From Bacillales bacterium UBA5729 (GTDB lineage: Bacteria > Bacillota_I > Bacilli_A > Izemoplasmatales > Hujiaoplasmataceae), in assembly GCA_002419505.1 (NCBI GenBank), contig DIGF01000033.1, positions 12,564-76,563 on the forward strand: DNA of 64,000 nucleotides, given 5' to 3'. This document shows, in pieces, positions 36,601 through 46,551 of this stretch. The notes below the pieces were generated by a model. It had not been told where the DNA came from. It searched no databases and saw only the letters and a list, made by a program, of their open reading frames with translations. The translations under genes were made by a program, and so were the position numbers. Numbering within the stretch: the stretch's first letter is position 1; every line of letters starts with the position of its first letter.

Positions 36601-37199
36601 CTAATGCAGAAGACGTTAACATATTAGTGCTTGATACTGAAGTGTATTCAAACACCGGAGGTCAATCATCTAAATCAGCTCGCTCAGGTTCAATTGCTAA
36701 GTTTACCGCAGCTGGTAAACCAGGCAAAAAGAAAGACCTAGCTGCACTTGCAATGACTTATGAAAGTGTCTATGTTGCAACAATCAGTCATGGCGCTAAT
36801 GCGACTCAAGTTATGAAAGCTTTGAAGGAAGCAGAAAGTTATCCAGGACCATCTTTACTTATCGCATACTCTCCATGTATTGCTCATGGCATTAGCGGTG
36901 GGTTAGGCAATAGCCACCAACAAGCTAAACTAGCTACAGAATGTGGATACTGGCCAACATTTAGATATGATCCAAGAAGAATTGCTGAAGGTAAAAACCC
37001 ATTACAAATCGATTCAAAAGAACCTCAATGGGATAAATATCATGATTTCTTACTAAGTGAAAATCGTTATCAACAATTGATTAAAACTAACCCTAAAGCG
37101 GCCGATAGATTACTCCACAACAATATTCTCGGGGCTAAACGCAGATGGGCGATGTACAAACGCATGGCAAACATGGATTATTCCGAAGTAATCGAATAA
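33657..37199 (+). CDS. nifJ: pyruvate:ferredoxin (flavodoxin) oxidoreductase
   Basis: About 1,180 aa. Two 4Fe-4S boxes, CIQCNQCAYACP and CTGCMVCVNTCP, and the TPP-binding block GGDGWAYDIGYGGLDHV. AGGAGG lies 6 nt upstream of ATG 33657. Confidence 0.95.
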   Translation: MTTKKVYQSMDGNQAAAYTSYAFTEVAGIYPITPSSPIPEYVDQWAAEGKKNLFGMPVKVVEMQSEAGAAATVHGSLMTGALTTTYTASQGLLLKIPNMYKISGELLPGVIHVAARSIAAHALSIFGDHQDIYAARMTGFAILASGSVQETMDLGGIAHLAAIKSSIPFIHFFDGFRTSHEVNKIEVMPYEVFDRLLDREALKKFRQRGLNSTNPRIMGTAQNDDVYFQAKEVQEQFYRPIPDIVNEYMKEISKETGREYKPFNYYGAKDATRVIIAMGSVTDTIKEVIDNLIEKGEKVGLISVHLYRPFSSKYFFDILPETVEKIAVLDRTKEAGSAGEPLYVDVKSIFYNREKQPAIIGGRYGLSSKDTTPAQIFAVYENLQNEMKDNFTIGIVDDVMYSSLADVEGEDVTDPATTELLFFGLGSDGTVGAVKNISKIIGDYTDLYGQAYASYDSKKSGGVTRMHLRFGKNPIRSTYLVNHPHFVSCSQESYLSRFDLIKGIRKNGTFLLATTKNKDEIESHLPDKVKKILAKRNAKLYIIDAYKLAKEIGEVKMVSTIMQSAFFKLNEQIMKFEKAQDAMKSYAKKSFSSKGEEIVAMNFKAIDLGADGLVEIKVKPEWADLKTEVPLDEKRPDFVRNIADAVNAINGYDLPTSAFLGIEDGQIPSGTARYEKRGVAEEVSTWINENCIQCNQCAYACPHACIRAILATDEEVKNAPVDAPWLEAKGKGLEGLKYRIEVSILDCTGCMVCVNTCPAPTKALKMSPIQDRIEAKEHILADYLYNEVPYKGDLVGKNTYKNTVFNQPLFEFSGACAGCGETPYIRFVTQLFGERMVIANATGCSSIYGASFPASPYTTNSEGRGPAWANSLFEDNAEYGFGMKIAQDTIRDRIQNMIINNQDSFEAELKELLNSWIENREDGDKTLEIYRELVPLLAKSKSPVAKDILEIKEQLVRQSQWIIGGDGWAYDIGYGGLDHVMANAEDVNILVLDTEVYSNTGGQSSKSARSGSIAKFTAAGKPGKKKDLAALAMTYESVYVATISHGANATQVMKALKEAESYPGPSLLIAYSPCIAHGISGGLGNSHQQAKLATECGYWPTFRYDPRRIAEGKNPLQIDSKEPQWDKYHDFLLSENRYQQLIKTNPKAADRLLHNNILGAKRRWAMYKRMANMDYSEVIE

Positions 37200-37215
37200 A
37201 CAAACATTTATTTTT

Positions 37216-37249
37216 AACACCTCATCTTAAGCGATGAGGTGTTTTCTTT
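37216..37249 (+). terminator. intrinsic terminator after PFOR
   Basis: aacacctcatc-ttaagc-gatgaggtgtt followed by ttctttg. Confidence 0.85.
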
Positions 37250-37409
37250 GATTGAAATTTTACGGGTTTAGCGCTATAATTAGTAGAAGATTTTTTAAAA
37301 CTTCGAATATTAAGTGAGCATTTTATGAAATCGTCTAAAAAAGGTTTTAATTTATCGATCATTTGTTATATAATATATAAGATACTTGAATTTAAAGGAG
37401 TTAATAAAA

Positions 37410-40007
37410 ATGCGATTATTTACTAAAAGAATTACTTATTTTACGCTAACCCTGATACTAGGATTAGTTTTAGTTGCTTGTGGTGGCAAGACAACGACTG
37501 ATGTAGCACCTGAAAATTTATTAATCCCACAATTGACTAATCCGGAAGCGATTTATTATCAAACTGATGATTTTAATATCACATACCGTGATTTGTATAA
37601 TAGCCTGAAGATTAATGATGGTTTAAACCAATTGTTAGCGATGGTTGATACTGACTTGTTAAAAGATTATATCGATCAAGTTACTCAAGACCAAATTAAT
37701 AAGAAACGCGAAAAATTAACTTTCGGAACTAATGATGCGGAAATTATCGAATCATTTGGTGAAGAGCGCAGAGCTGAATATATCCAAAACTTTGAAGAAT
37801 CACTCTTTCTTATGGGATATGAAACAGACATCGATGATTATATTCGTTTAGTTTTAGCAAGAGAACAATATTCAACTGATCTAATGTTAAGCGAAGCTTC
37901 AGTTGATGAAACTTGGCATGTTGGTCCGAAACAAATAGCTAACTATTACGATATAACTTATCAAAAAGACATTCAATCAATAAAGATTAAGTTCTTATCA
38001 GAAAATGATGCTAAAACAGTTATGAGAACATTTAATTTAGTCACCAGAAGTGGCCAGTTAATGTTATATACCGGAACTAAACCTCTAGCGGAAGTTCCTT
38101 CATTTGAACTGAATGAAACCAACACACAAACATTAAATGACGAAGAACTTCTAAGTTACTTTATTCAAATGTATAATTACGTTTATCAGGATATTAAAGA
38201 TCAATTATCTGAAACAGCTACTGTTGAAGAGTTGATTAACAATCCTGATTTAACTCAAGTTTTTAAAGATATCAAAGCCTTTAATAACAACTTAGCTAAT
38301 TTCATGTTCTTAACATTAGGGAATTATGAAGATTTCACTTCTGAAGAAGATGAAGTTCCATATTACACTTATCGTCCAGAGAAATTTTTCTCAGGAAGCG
38401 ACACAGCTTATTACATGATTCTTAATTTAACTGGTACAGAAAAAGCTGATGTAAAAGATTTTGATGGTACAAAAGTTGAACTTATCGAACTAATCGGTGA
38501 AGACAAGTATAACGAAATCGAAACTGAAATCATCAATAATAACCTAAGTTCTCAAACTTTTGTTACAAGAAGAATCGCTGATTTAAGAAGAGAACACGAT
38601 TTTGTAATTTATGATTATTACTTAACAATTGACTATAAATCAATCGACACAAGATATGTAGCACATGAAGAAGGAAGTTTAACAAAAGTTGCTTCTTATG
38701 ATGATAAGACAATCACACCAGACCAATTATTAACTTATGCGCTTAACCGTAACGCTGCGATGTATTTAATTTACTCGGCTCAGTATAAAGCTGTTATGGC
38801 TGCTCACTATGAAAATGTTTACTGCTTAAATACGAGTTCTTGTGAATATGATTACCGACAAAACGAATCGGCTAAAATGCTCGAACATGTCATCGAATTC
38901 AATAATATGAAAACTCAATTCCTTGAAAGCATGTATTCAACTTATTACACATTTGATGAGTATCTATATCTAGCATATGGTGTTAAAAGCGAAGAAGAAA
39001 TGATTAAGAACTACTATGTAAAATCTACACTTCAACCGATTTACATCTTTGATAATATTATCAAGAACGATTACGAAATCTTAAATGACGTTTTAGACAT
39101 CATGGACGGATATTATGAGAATTATTTCAGTTTGAAAGCAAACCACATTTTAATCTATCTAGACCGTGATGAAAATGGTTCACCTGATAATTACGAAGAT
39201 TTTTATGAAGGTTTAGAAGATACGACTGCATATGACGCTAAATTAGCTGCTTTAGAACTAGCGATAAGAGAATATTTAGCGATTGAAGACAACACTATGG
39301 CTAAATTAGTTAGTGAATATAAACTAGCAAGTAGAGATAATGAAACTTGGGGAGAATTCAAAAGATATGGTTTCTTCTTACTAACAGAAAACCTTTCAGC
39401 AACCACTTCGTTAACTTTCACTTCTACAATTAACAAATTTGAAAGAAGTTTTGTGGATGCCTTAGTTGAAATTTATCAAGAATATAAGTTAGAAGAAAAT
39501 ATTGATAAGAATTTTATATTCAACGATACTTTAGTTGAAACTTCATATGGGTTGCATTTGATTAAAGCTGAAAAAGGCACTAATTTTGATATGCCAAACG
39601 CGAAGTTTACGATGACTTATAATGATGATAATGAACCTAACTTTACAGTTGGTTTAGAAAACGAAGAAGACCACATCAGTTTCGAACAACTTAAAATCTA
39701 TGCGCAATATCGTTTTACAGTCATCGCTTTTGGAACGGTTAATATCAGCGAATTATATGGTTTTACCAGACCTACTATTCCGACTTCAGTTAATAATGCC
39801 TTGAAAGAGTTTGCGACTTCATTGCATGATGCATTATATGTTGTTGGTTTTATGAACATTGGTATTATTGAAGAATTAAAAGCTGGAGACTTCATTAACA
39901 GTCAATCTCAATATTCAAATGTAAGTGAAACTGATTTGATCAATACGATGAATAGAATCAGCGAAATCTATTTCCGTCAAATATATGCCGAACTAGATCA
40001 AAGATAA
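37410..40007 (+). CDS. large PrsA-like foldase lipoprotein with a C-terminal parvulin-type PPIase domain
   Basis: AAGGAG lies 9 nt upstream of ATG 37410. Lipobox LVACGG. The parvulin-like block runs from LKANHILIYLD to ETSYGLHLIKAEKG. Confidence 0.7.
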   Translation: MRLFTKRITYFTLTLILGLVLVACGGKTTTDVAPENLLIPQLTNPEAIYYQTDDFNITYRDLYNSLKINDGLNQLLAMVDTDLLKDYIDQVTQDQINKKREKLTFGTNDAEIIESFGEERRAEYIQNFEESLFLMGYETDIDDYIRLVLAREQYSTDLMLSEASVDETWHVGPKQIANYYDITYQKDIQSIKIKFLSENDAKTVMRTFNLVTRSGQLMLYTGTKPLAEVPSFELNETNTQTLNDEELLSYFIQMYNYVYQDIKDQLSETATVEELINNPDLTQVFKDIKAFNNNLANFMFLTLGNYEDFTSEEDEVPYYTYRPEKFFSGSDTAYYMILNLTGTEKADVKDFDGTKVELIELIGEDKYNEIETEIINNNLSSQTFVTRRIADLRREHDFVIYDYYLTIDYKSIDTRYVAHEEGSLTKVASYDDKTITPDQLLTYALNRNAAMYLIYSAQYKAVMAAHYENVYCLNTSSCEYDYRQNESAKMLEHVIEFNNMKTQFLESMYSTYYTFDEYLYLAYGVKSEEEMIKNYYVKSTLQPIYIFDNIIKNDYEILNDVLDIMDGYYENYFSLKANHILIYLDRDENGSPDNYEDFYEGLEDTTAYDAKLAALELAIREYLAIEDNTMAKLVSEYKLASRDNETWGEFKRYGFFLLTENLSATTSLTFTSTINKFERSFVDALVEIYQEYKLEENIDKNFIFNDTLVETSYGLHLIKAEKGTNFDMPNAKFTMTYNDDNEPNFTVGLENEEDHISFEQLKIYAQYRFTVIAFGTVNISELYGFTRPTIPTSVNNALKEFATSLHDALYVVGFMNIGIIEELKAGDFINSQSQYSNVSETDLINTMNRISEIYFRQIYAELDQR

Positions 40008-40019
40008 AAGATAAAAGAA

Positions 40020-40047
40020 AAAGTGCGAGTTATAACCTCGCACTTTT
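40020..40047 (+). terminator. intrinsic terminator
   Basis: agtgcgag-ttataac-ctcgcact followed by tttg. Confidence 0.8.
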
Positions 40048-40066
40048 GTATAAAGAAGGTTAAAGG

Positions 40067-40966
40067 ATGAAAGCAAAAGAAGCGAAAATTATCAAGAATA
40101 ACACCATCCTCACAATCATCGCTAACGGCTTTTTAGCGGTGATAAAATTAGTTGGAGGAATCCTCGGTAATTCAAGTGTTTTAATTACTGACGCAATTAA
40201 TTCAATCAGTGATATCGCTACTAATTTAGTAGTCTTTGTTTCTGCTAAGTTTTCTAAAAAAGAAAGAGATGCATCTCACCCTTATGGACATGATAAATTT
40301 GATTCGATGATATCGATTTTTTTAGGAGTAGCTTTGATTATTACTGTCTTTGAAATCGGAAAAAACGCTTTTAAGACTTTGTATGATTTAATCTTCAACG
40401 ACTTAGTTATACCTGAACCAGCATACTACACAATAATCATCGTAGGCGTGACTTTAATAACAAAAGAACTACTGTACCGCAAAACAAGGAAAGACGCTAA
40501 AAAAGCCAATTCCCAAGCGTTGATGGCACAGGCGTGGGACCACAGGTCCGATACTTTCACCAGCATCGGAGCACTTATCGGAATTATCGGAGCTTTATTT
40601 GGTATGGGGTACTTAGATCCAATTGCTTCCTTATTCATCTGTTTCTTTATTCTCAAATTAGGCTATAGAATTGTCAAAACCGGAGTGTCGCAAGTGGTTG
40701 ATGAATCAGCTAGTGATGAACAGGTAAACGAAATTAAAAAAATCGTTAAAAGCAATTCAGCCGTTATCTCAATTGACGAGATTAAAACAAGACTTTTTGG
40801 AGTCAAATACTACGTCGACTTAGAAATATCTCTCGATAAAAATCTTTCTTTATTAGAAGCCCATAAAATCGCGGAAAAAATCCACGATGAAATTGAGGAC
40901 ACGCTTAATGATGTCATTCATTGCATGATTCACGTTAATCCCAGCAAGGATAATAAATTAAAATAA
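40067..40966 (+). CDS. cation diffusion facilitator (CDF) family metal efflux transporter
   Basis: Six-TM N-terminal half with HPYGHDKFDS and WDHRSD motifs, plus a cytoplasmic C-terminal domain. Confidence 0.85.
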   Translation: MKAKEAKIIKNNTILTIIANGFLAVIKLVGGILGNSSVLITDAINSISDIATNLVVFVSAKFSKKERDASHPYGHDKFDSMISIFLGVALIITVFEIGKNAFKTLYDLIFNDLVIPEPAYYTIIIVGVTLITKELLYRKTRKDAKKANSQALMAQAWDHRSDTFTSIGALIGIIGALFGMGYLDPIASLFICFFILKLGYRIVKTGVSQVVDESASDEQVNEIKKIVKSNSAVISIDEIKTRLFGVKYYVDLEISLDKNLSLLEAHKIAEKIHDEIEDTLNDVIHCMIHVNPSKDNKLK

Positions 40967-41047
40967 AGGTAGTTGAATTAATTTAGTTGTAGTGATATAA
41001 TAACTAATTACATATAAGGAAAACGCTTGCATAAAGGAGTGATAGTT

Positions 41048-41590
41048 ATGTTTTTATCTTTTTTATTAAATTTTTTAGAGAACGGTCCTTCATTACTTGA
41101 AATAGTTGTGAGGATGTTACTTACAGCGATTTTTGTGGGGATTATTGGAGCCGAAAGACAAATGCGTCATAAAATCGCAGGGGTCACAACTCATTTAATG
41201 GTTGCTTTTGGAGCTGCTGGAATCGCGATCCTTCAAGATGCCTTATATAAAGAAGCTTTAGCAATGGCTGTTGAATACGCCGCTCTAGGAGTTCAAGTCG
41301 ATTTGCAACGCCAAAGAGTTATCGCTCAAGTAGTCACTGGTGTTGGTTTTCTAGGTGCAGGTACGATTTTAAAAACTAGAAATGGTATCTATGGCTTAAC
41401 CACAGCTGCGACTTTATGGCTAGCTGCGATGATTGGTTTAGCATTTGGTATGGGCGCTTATATCATCGGTGTGGTAATATCTGTATTCTCATTTATTTTC
41501 CTTACTTTATTTAGAAAATTCCTTGAAAAAACATCATTAAGACATCGAGAAAGCCCAGATATAATTGGCTCTCAACCAGTAGATGAATAA
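41048..41590 (+). CDS. MgtC/SapB family membrane protein
   Basis: GAERQMRHKIAGVTTHLMVAFGAA motif. AAGGAG lies 8 nt upstream of ATG 41048. Confidence 0.85.
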   Translation: MFLSFLLNFLENGPSLLEIVVRMLLTAIFVGIIGAERQMRHKIAGVTTHLMVAFGAAGIAILQDALYKEALAMAVEYAALGVQVDLQRQRVIAQVVTGVGFLGAGTILKTRNGIYGLTTAATLWLAAMIGLAFGMGAYIIGVVISVFSFIFLTLFRKFLEKTSLRHRESPDIIGSQPVDE

Positions 41591-41621
41591 AGAGATTCCT
41601 TGTGAATCTCTTATTTTTTTT
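41589..41621 (+). terminator. intrinsic terminator
   Basis: aaagagattc-cttgt-gaatctctt followed by a plus T8. Confidence 0.85.
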
Positions 41622-41705
41622 GAATTCGAAATTATTCATTCATATATTTTGCAAAAATAGCTTAAATAGTATAAACTATTTATGGTAAAACCCGGAGGTT
41701 ATAAC

Positions 41706-42506
41706 ATGACATTAGAGATTAAAGATTTATTTGTGTCCATCGAAGACAACATTATCCTTCAAGGGCTTAACTTGAAAGTCAAAGGCGGAGAAGTTCATGC
41801 GATAATGGGACCTAATGGAACCGGTAAATCAACTTTAGCGCAAATCTGCATGGGACACCCAAGCTATAAAATTATCTCAGGAGACATTCTCCTAGACGGC
41901 GAGAGCATAATTGACAAATCCGTAGACGAAAGATCTAGACTAGGGATATTTTTAGCTATGCAAAATCCAATTGAAGTTCCCGGAGTTACTAACTTCGATT
42001 TTATAAAAGCAGCAATGCAAACTAGAATGAAAAAAGACGAGCACTTAAGAGTGGGTAAGTTTATTTTAAAATTTGAAAAAGCTTCTGAAGATTTAAAAAT
42101 GGGCCAAGGTTTAGCTCATCGATTTTTAAATCAAGGATTTTCCGGTGGGGAAAAGAAACGCAATGAAATCTTGCAGATGAAGATGCTTAACCCGCGATTT
42201 GCTTTTCTGGATGAAATCGATTCAGGTTTAGATGTCGATGCATTAAAGCTAGTAGGCGAAAATGTAACAGCATTGAAAAGCCCCGATTTAGGCTTAATAT
42301 TGATTACCCATTATCAAAGATTATTAGATTATATAATTCCCGATTACGTTCACATTATGATTAATGGTAAAATCGTGATGACGGGAAAAGATGAACTGAT
42401 TAAGAAAATTGATCAAGATGGTTATGATTGGGTTAAGAAGGAATTGGGTATCGAAGAAGAAGACAAAAAACCATATTCTCTCGGTACATGCCCATCGAAA
42501 CATTAA
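41706..42506 (+). CDS. sufC: Fe-S cluster assembly ATPase SufC
   Basis: GPNGTGKST, FSGGEKKRNEILQM and LDEIDSGLD. GGAGG lies 7 nt upstream of ATG 41706. Confidence 0.95.
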   Translation: MTLEIKDLFVSIEDNIILQGLNLKVKGGEVHAIMGPNGTGKSTLAQICMGHPSYKIISGDILLDGESIIDKSVDERSRLGIFLAMQNPIEVPGVTNFDFIKAAMQTRMKKDEHLRVGKFILKFEKASEDLKMGQGLAHRFLNQGFSGGEKKRNEILQMKMLNPRFAFLDEIDSGLDVDALKLVGENVTALKSPDLGLILITHYQRLLDYIIPDYVHIMINGKIVMTGKDELIKKIDQDGYDWVKKELGIEEEDKKPYSLGTCPSKH

Positions 42507-43399
42507 AAATGAATTTACCAAAATTTTTAGATAATCATCCTCAACTAATTTATCTAGATAATAACCATACTCTTAATAATGCTAAAATCAAAATCAAAGA
42601 TAATCATTTGACTTTTAAGGGAGAAAATGAGTTTTTTGTTGTTATAAACAATTATAATCAAGAAAAAGTGATTGATTTAACGGTAAGTAAAAATCAAACG
42701 CTGAGAGTTAACTTGTTAATTTATAATTCTAAAGCCATCAATCTTAATTTTAATATTTACGTCGAAGATAATGCTAGGTTAACACTTTATACTAATTTTA
42801 CTTCTAGTAGAAAGGCAAAATTATCAATCTCAAGAAACTTCTTTCTTAAAGATAACGCTTATTTAAGAAGTTTAAACGCCATAACATATAATGGCAATTT
42901 AGAACTCAACGACAATTTCTTTTTAGTGGGTCTTAACGCTAAACTGGAAGTTGAACAGTTAAATATCGGTAGTAAAGAAAACGTCTATAAAATTAAACAA
43001 CAAGCTTTCCATCAGGAAAAATCAACGCTTTCCACTATTAATAACAACCTAATAACGACTGATATGGCGAAAATGGACTACAAAGTCATCGGTAGCATTG
43101 CTAAGGGTAAAGAGTTTTCTAAATGCTCGCAAAACAATAAAGGAATAATGCTCAGCAACGAAAGTGAAATCGCGGTTGAACCAACGCTATTTATTGACGA
43201 ATATAATGTTGAAGCAAATCATGGCGCTGCCATAGGTCAAATCGACGAATTACAGCTTTACTATCTCTTAAGCAGAGGCTTAAGTGAGACTGAAGCTAAA
43301 GGTTTAATCATCTCCGGATATACTAATCCTTTTATAAACAAAGTAGAAAACGTATTCTTACAGAAACAACTTATCCAAAGAATTTCACGATTAATTTAA
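42488..43399 (+). CDS. sufD: Fe-S cluster assembly protein SufD (short form)
   Basis: The C-terminal block EANHGAAIGQIDELQLYYLLSRGLSETEAKGLI is typical of SufD. The start is ambiguous (ATG 42488 or ATG 42509), and neither has a clear RBS. Confidence 0.85.
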   Translation: MPIETLKMNLPKFLDNHPQLIYLDNNHTLNNAKIKIKDNHLTFKGENEFFVVINNYNQEKVIDLTVSKNQTLRVNLLIYNSKAINLNFNIYVEDNARLTLYTNFTSSRKAKLSISRNFFLKDNAYLRSLNAITYNGNLELNDNFFLVGLNAKLEVEQLNIGSKENVYKIKQQAFHQEKSTLSTINNNLITTDMAKMDYKVIGSIAKGKEFSKCSQNNKGIMLSNESEIAVEPTLFIDEYNVEANHGAAIGQIDELQLYYLLSRGLSETEAKGLIISGYTNPFINKVENVFLQKQLIQRISRLI

Positions 43400-43412
43400 G
43401 AGGTATAAATTT

Positions 43413-44615
43413 ATGAATGAAAAAATCTTTAATGATTTCCCTCAAATTAGTGACGGTTATATCTATTTTGATACTGCAGCCACTAGTTTAAAACCAAAAT
43501 CAGTGATTGAAGCCGTGAATAATTACAATCGTAACCTTAGTTCGAATATCAATAGAGGCATGTACGATAAGAGTGTAATTACAACAAGGCTTTATGAAGA
43601 AGCAAGAGTTAAACTTGCTCGTTTTATTAACGCTTCAACTGATGAAGTGATTTTTACAAGGGGAACAACCTCAAGTTTAAATCTAGTTGCTTATTCTTTG
43701 GGCTTAAGTATTCTAAAGAGTGATTCAGAAATCCTTATTTCCGAACAAGAACATCATTCACAATTTTTACCTTGGCAAAACATCGCTAAGAAAACCGGAG
43801 CTAAATTAAACTTTGTTAAACTAGATAAAACTGGTAGAATAACCATTGAAAATATCAAAAAAGCTATTAATGAAAATACAAAAATAGTCGCTTTAAACTA
43901 TGTATCAAATGTTTTGGGTTATATCAATCCAATCAAAGAAATCATCGCTTTAGCTCATCAGTATCAGGCTTTAGTGGTAATTGATGCCGCTCAAGCTGTA
44001 CAGCATCTTCTTATTGATGTTAAAGACTTAGACGTAGATTTTTTAGCCTTCTCATCGCATAAAATGCTCGGTCCAACTGGTGCCGGTGCACTTTATGGTA
44101 AGTCGCGATTATTAGCGGTTTTAGAACCAATGGAGTTTGGCGGAGATATGAATGAAGACGTTGAAAAAGACCATTCGACATGGAAGGCGTCACCACAGAA
44201 ATTTGAAGCTGGAACGATGCCGATTGCTGAAGTAATCGGGTTTGGTGCTGCAGTTGATTACTTAGAAAATCTTGGTTTAAAAGAGATAATGAATTACACT
44301 GAGAATTTATATAAGCAGTTATTTAATGAAATGAAAAAGCTTGAGGATATTGAAATCTATAATCCCAATTCAGATACAGGAATACTAACCTTCAATTTGA
44401 AGAATGTACCTGCTCATGATGCAATCAGTTATTATGCTGAAAAAAATATTGCTTTAAGAAGCGGGCAACACTGTGCTAAATTAATTCACGATTTCTTAGG
44501 TATCAATTCTTCATTAAGAGCATCAGTATATTTTTATAACCGTAAAGAAGAAGTTGACAGATTTATCGAAGTCACCAAAGAGGCGATTAAATATTTTCGT
44601 AAACTTGGTTTTTAG
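43413..44615 (+). CDS. sufS: cysteine desulfurase SufS
   Basis: SSHKMLGPTGAGALYG (PLP Lys) and RSGQHCA (active Cys loop). Confidence 0.93.
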   Translation: MNEKIFNDFPQISDGYIYFDTAATSLKPKSVIEAVNNYNRNLSSNINRGMYDKSVITTRLYEEARVKLARFINASTDEVIFTRGTTSSLNLVAYSLGLSILKSDSEILISEQEHHSQFLPWQNIAKKTGAKLNFVKLDKTGRITIENIKKAINENTKIVALNYVSNVLGYINPIKEIIALAHQYQALVVIDAAQAVQHLLIDVKDLDVDFLAFSSHKMLGPTGAGALYGKSRLLAVLEPMEFGGDMNEDVEKDHSTWKASPQKFEAGTMPIAEVIGFGAAVDYLENLGLKEIMNYTENLYKQLFNEMKKLEDIEIYNPNSDTGILTFNLKNVPAHDAISYYAEKNIALRSGQHCAKLIHDFLGINSSLRASVYFYNRKEEVDRFIEVTKEAIKYFRKLGF

Positions 44616-44625
44616 GAGGAAAGTG

Positions 44626-45054
44626 ATGAGTACTTTAGACAATCTTTACCGAGAAATTATTATGGAACACTATAAAAACCCAAGAAATAAAGGTTTAATA
44701 AAAAATGAAGAATATACAAACGCCAGGATTAAAAATCCTGCTTGTGGTGATGATATTACCGTTTCAACCAAGGTGGAAAACGGTATGGTTATAGACTGTA
44801 AACAACAAGCCGCTGGGTGTTCAATCTCAGTAGCTTCAGCTTCAGTTATGACTGAGATTATGATTGGCAAAACAAAAGAGAATGCACTAGAAATAGCGAA
44901 TACATTTTTAAATATGGTTTCCAATCAAGAATATGATCAGAGTATCGATTTAGAAGAAGCTGAAGTCTTTGGTGGCGTTAAGCAATTTCCTGCAAGAATA
45001 AAATGTGCATCGATTGCTTGGGTTGCATTTAAAGACACCTTGAGTCAGGAGTGA
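44626..45054 (+). CDS. sufU: Fe-S scaffold / sulfur acceptor SufU
   Basis: [44 protein letters not shown] lies 6 nt upstream of ATG 44626. The upstream extension in the ORF track overlaps sufS. Confidence 0.93.
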   Translation: MSTLDNLYREIIMEHYKNPRNKGLIKNEEYTNARIKNPACGDDITVSTKVENGMVIDCKQQAAGCSISVASASVMTEIMIGKTKENALEIANTFLNMVSNQEYDQSIDLEEAEVFGGVKQFPARIKCASIAWVAFKDTLSQE

Positions 45055-45058
45055 TATT

Positions 45059-46462
45059 TTGAGTAAGAAAGATGAAATGAATTTTAATAACGAATATAAA
45101 TACGGTTTTATTACTGATTCAAAATCAGTTAAACAAACCAAAAGAGGCTTGTCTGAAGCGATAGTGAGAGAGATCTCAGCAATTAAACAAGAACCTGAAT
45201 GGATGTTAAATATCAGGGTAGATGCTTTAAAAGCATTTTATGCGATTGAAAATCCGAGTTGGGGACCTGATTTAACCGGAATTGATTTTAACGATATCAT
45301 CTATTATATTAAACCTTCAGATCGTGTTGAAAAAGATTGGGAGAATGTTCCTCAAGAAATCAAAGACACCTTTGCAAAACTCGGCATTCCTGAAGCTGAA
45401 CAAAAATATCTCTCTGGAGTTACAACTCAATTTGAATCAGAAGCGGTTTATCATAGCACGATTCAAGAATTAAGTGATTTGGGGGTTATCTTCCTTGATA
45501 CTGATTCAGCACTTAAGGAACATCCAGAGATATTTAAAAAATATTTTACAAAAGCTGTTTCTTATAAGGATAATAAGTACGCTGCTTTAAATACTGCCGT
45601 ATGGAGTGGCGGATCATTTATTTACGTTCCTAAAGGAGTGAAAATTGATAAACCCTTACAAAGCTATTTTCGCATCAACTCTGAACGCATGGGACAATTT
45701 GAAAGGACTTTAATAATTGTTGATGAAGAAGCCTCTTTAAATTATGTAGAAGGCTGTACCGCACCAATCTATTCTAACAATTCCTTACACGCTGCAGTCG
45801 TTGAAATATATGTCGGTGAAAAGGCTAAATGTAGGTATTCCACAATCCAAAACTGGTCAACTAATATCATTAATCTAGTCACAAAAAGAGCAGTGGTTGA
45901 GGCTTATGGACATATGGAATGGATAGACGGAAATATTGGTTCAGGTTTAAATATGAAGTATCCAAGTTGTATTTTAAAAGGCGATTATGCTAAAGGAACA
46001 ACGATTACTATTGCTTTCGCCGGTAAGAATCAATACCAAGACACTGGGGCGAAAATGATTCATTTGGGCAAGTATACAACTTCAAAAATCGTTTCTAAAT
46101 CCATCGCTACTAGAGGGGGAAAAGTTAATTACCGAGGCATTGTTTCTCAAGGCAAAAATGCTTATGGTTCAAAAGCTAAAATTGAGTGCGATACGATTCT
46201 TGTCGATCGCGAATCAGCTTCAGATACCATCCCTACTAACATCGTTAAAAACTTTAGAGGTCAAATCGAACACGAAGCTACTGTTTCAAAAGTGAGCGAT
46301 GATGAGTTATTCTATCTTATGAGTCGCGGACTTAACGAAGACGAAGCTAAAGAAATGATTATCATGGGTTTTATTGAACCCTTCGCGAGGGAACTGCCAA
46401 TGGAATATGCAGTTGAACTTAATCAGCTTATCAAATTAGAAATGGCTGGGTCTATAGGCTAA
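45059..46462 (+). CDS. sufB: Fe-S cluster assembly protein SufB
   Basis: About 467 aa. Motifs include [23 protein letters not shown] and [24 protein letters not shown] start with an upstream GGAG. Confidence 0.93.
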   Translation: MSKKDEMNFNNEYKYGFITDSKSVKQTKRGLSEAIVREISAIKQEPEWMLNIRVDALKAFYAIENPSWGPDLTGIDFNDIIYYIKPSDRVEKDWENVPQEIKDTFAKLGIPEAEQKYLSGVTTQFESEAVYHSTIQELSDLGVIFLDTDSALKEHPEIFKKYFTKAVSYKDNKYAALNTAVWSGGSFIYVPKGVKIDKPLQSYFRINSERMGQFERTLIIVDEEASLNYVEGCTAPIYSNNSLHAAVVEIYVGEKAKCRYSTIQNWSTNIINLVTKRAVVEAYGHMEWIDGNIGSGLNMKYPSCILKGDYAKGTTITIAFAGKNQYQDTGAKMIHLGKYTTSKIVSKSIATRGGKVNYRGIVSQGKNAYGSKAKIECDTILVDRESASDTIPTNIVKNFRGQIEHEATVSKVSDDELFYLMSRGLNEDEAKEMIIMGFIEPFARELPMEYAVELNQLIKLEMAGSIG

Positions 46463-46463
46463 T

Positions 46464-46490
46464 AAAACTCCTAAGCTTAGGAGTTTTTTT
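46464..46490 (+). terminator. intrinsic terminator of the suf operon
   Basis: aaaactcctaag/cttaggagtttt palindrome followed by a T-run. Confidence 0.9.
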
Positions 46491-46551
46491 ACTAAACATA
46501 TTTAATTTTTAATTCGTTTATGTTAAAATGTATCAAAGGTGGTGTAGTGAT

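Noticed and set aside
37325-37426. 33-codon ORF (MKSSKKGFNLSIICYIIYK...) upstream of and overlapping the PrsA-like gene start.
   Set aside because: It has no RBS, it overlaps the promoter and RBS of the downstream gene in another frame, and it is likely fortuitous.
41649-41677. Candidate suf operon promoter: TTGCAA, then TATAAA at a 15-nt spacing or TAAACT at a 17-nt spacing.
   Set aside because: The spacing and -10 quality are too ambiguous to call as a feature.
44554-44625. Upstream ORF-track extensions of sufU (44554), tpiA (50456), rpsD (52009), sufC (41682), darA (46528), mgtC (41027), the PFOR gene (33651), the PrsA-like gene (37386), the beta-propeller gene (56211), rimP (59416) and glxK (12409).
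   Set aside because: In each case a canonical RBS (AGGAGG, GGAGG or AAGGAG) sits 6-9 nt before an internal ATG that coincides with the conserved family N-terminus. The extension overlaps the upstream gene, a terminator or the RBS itself.
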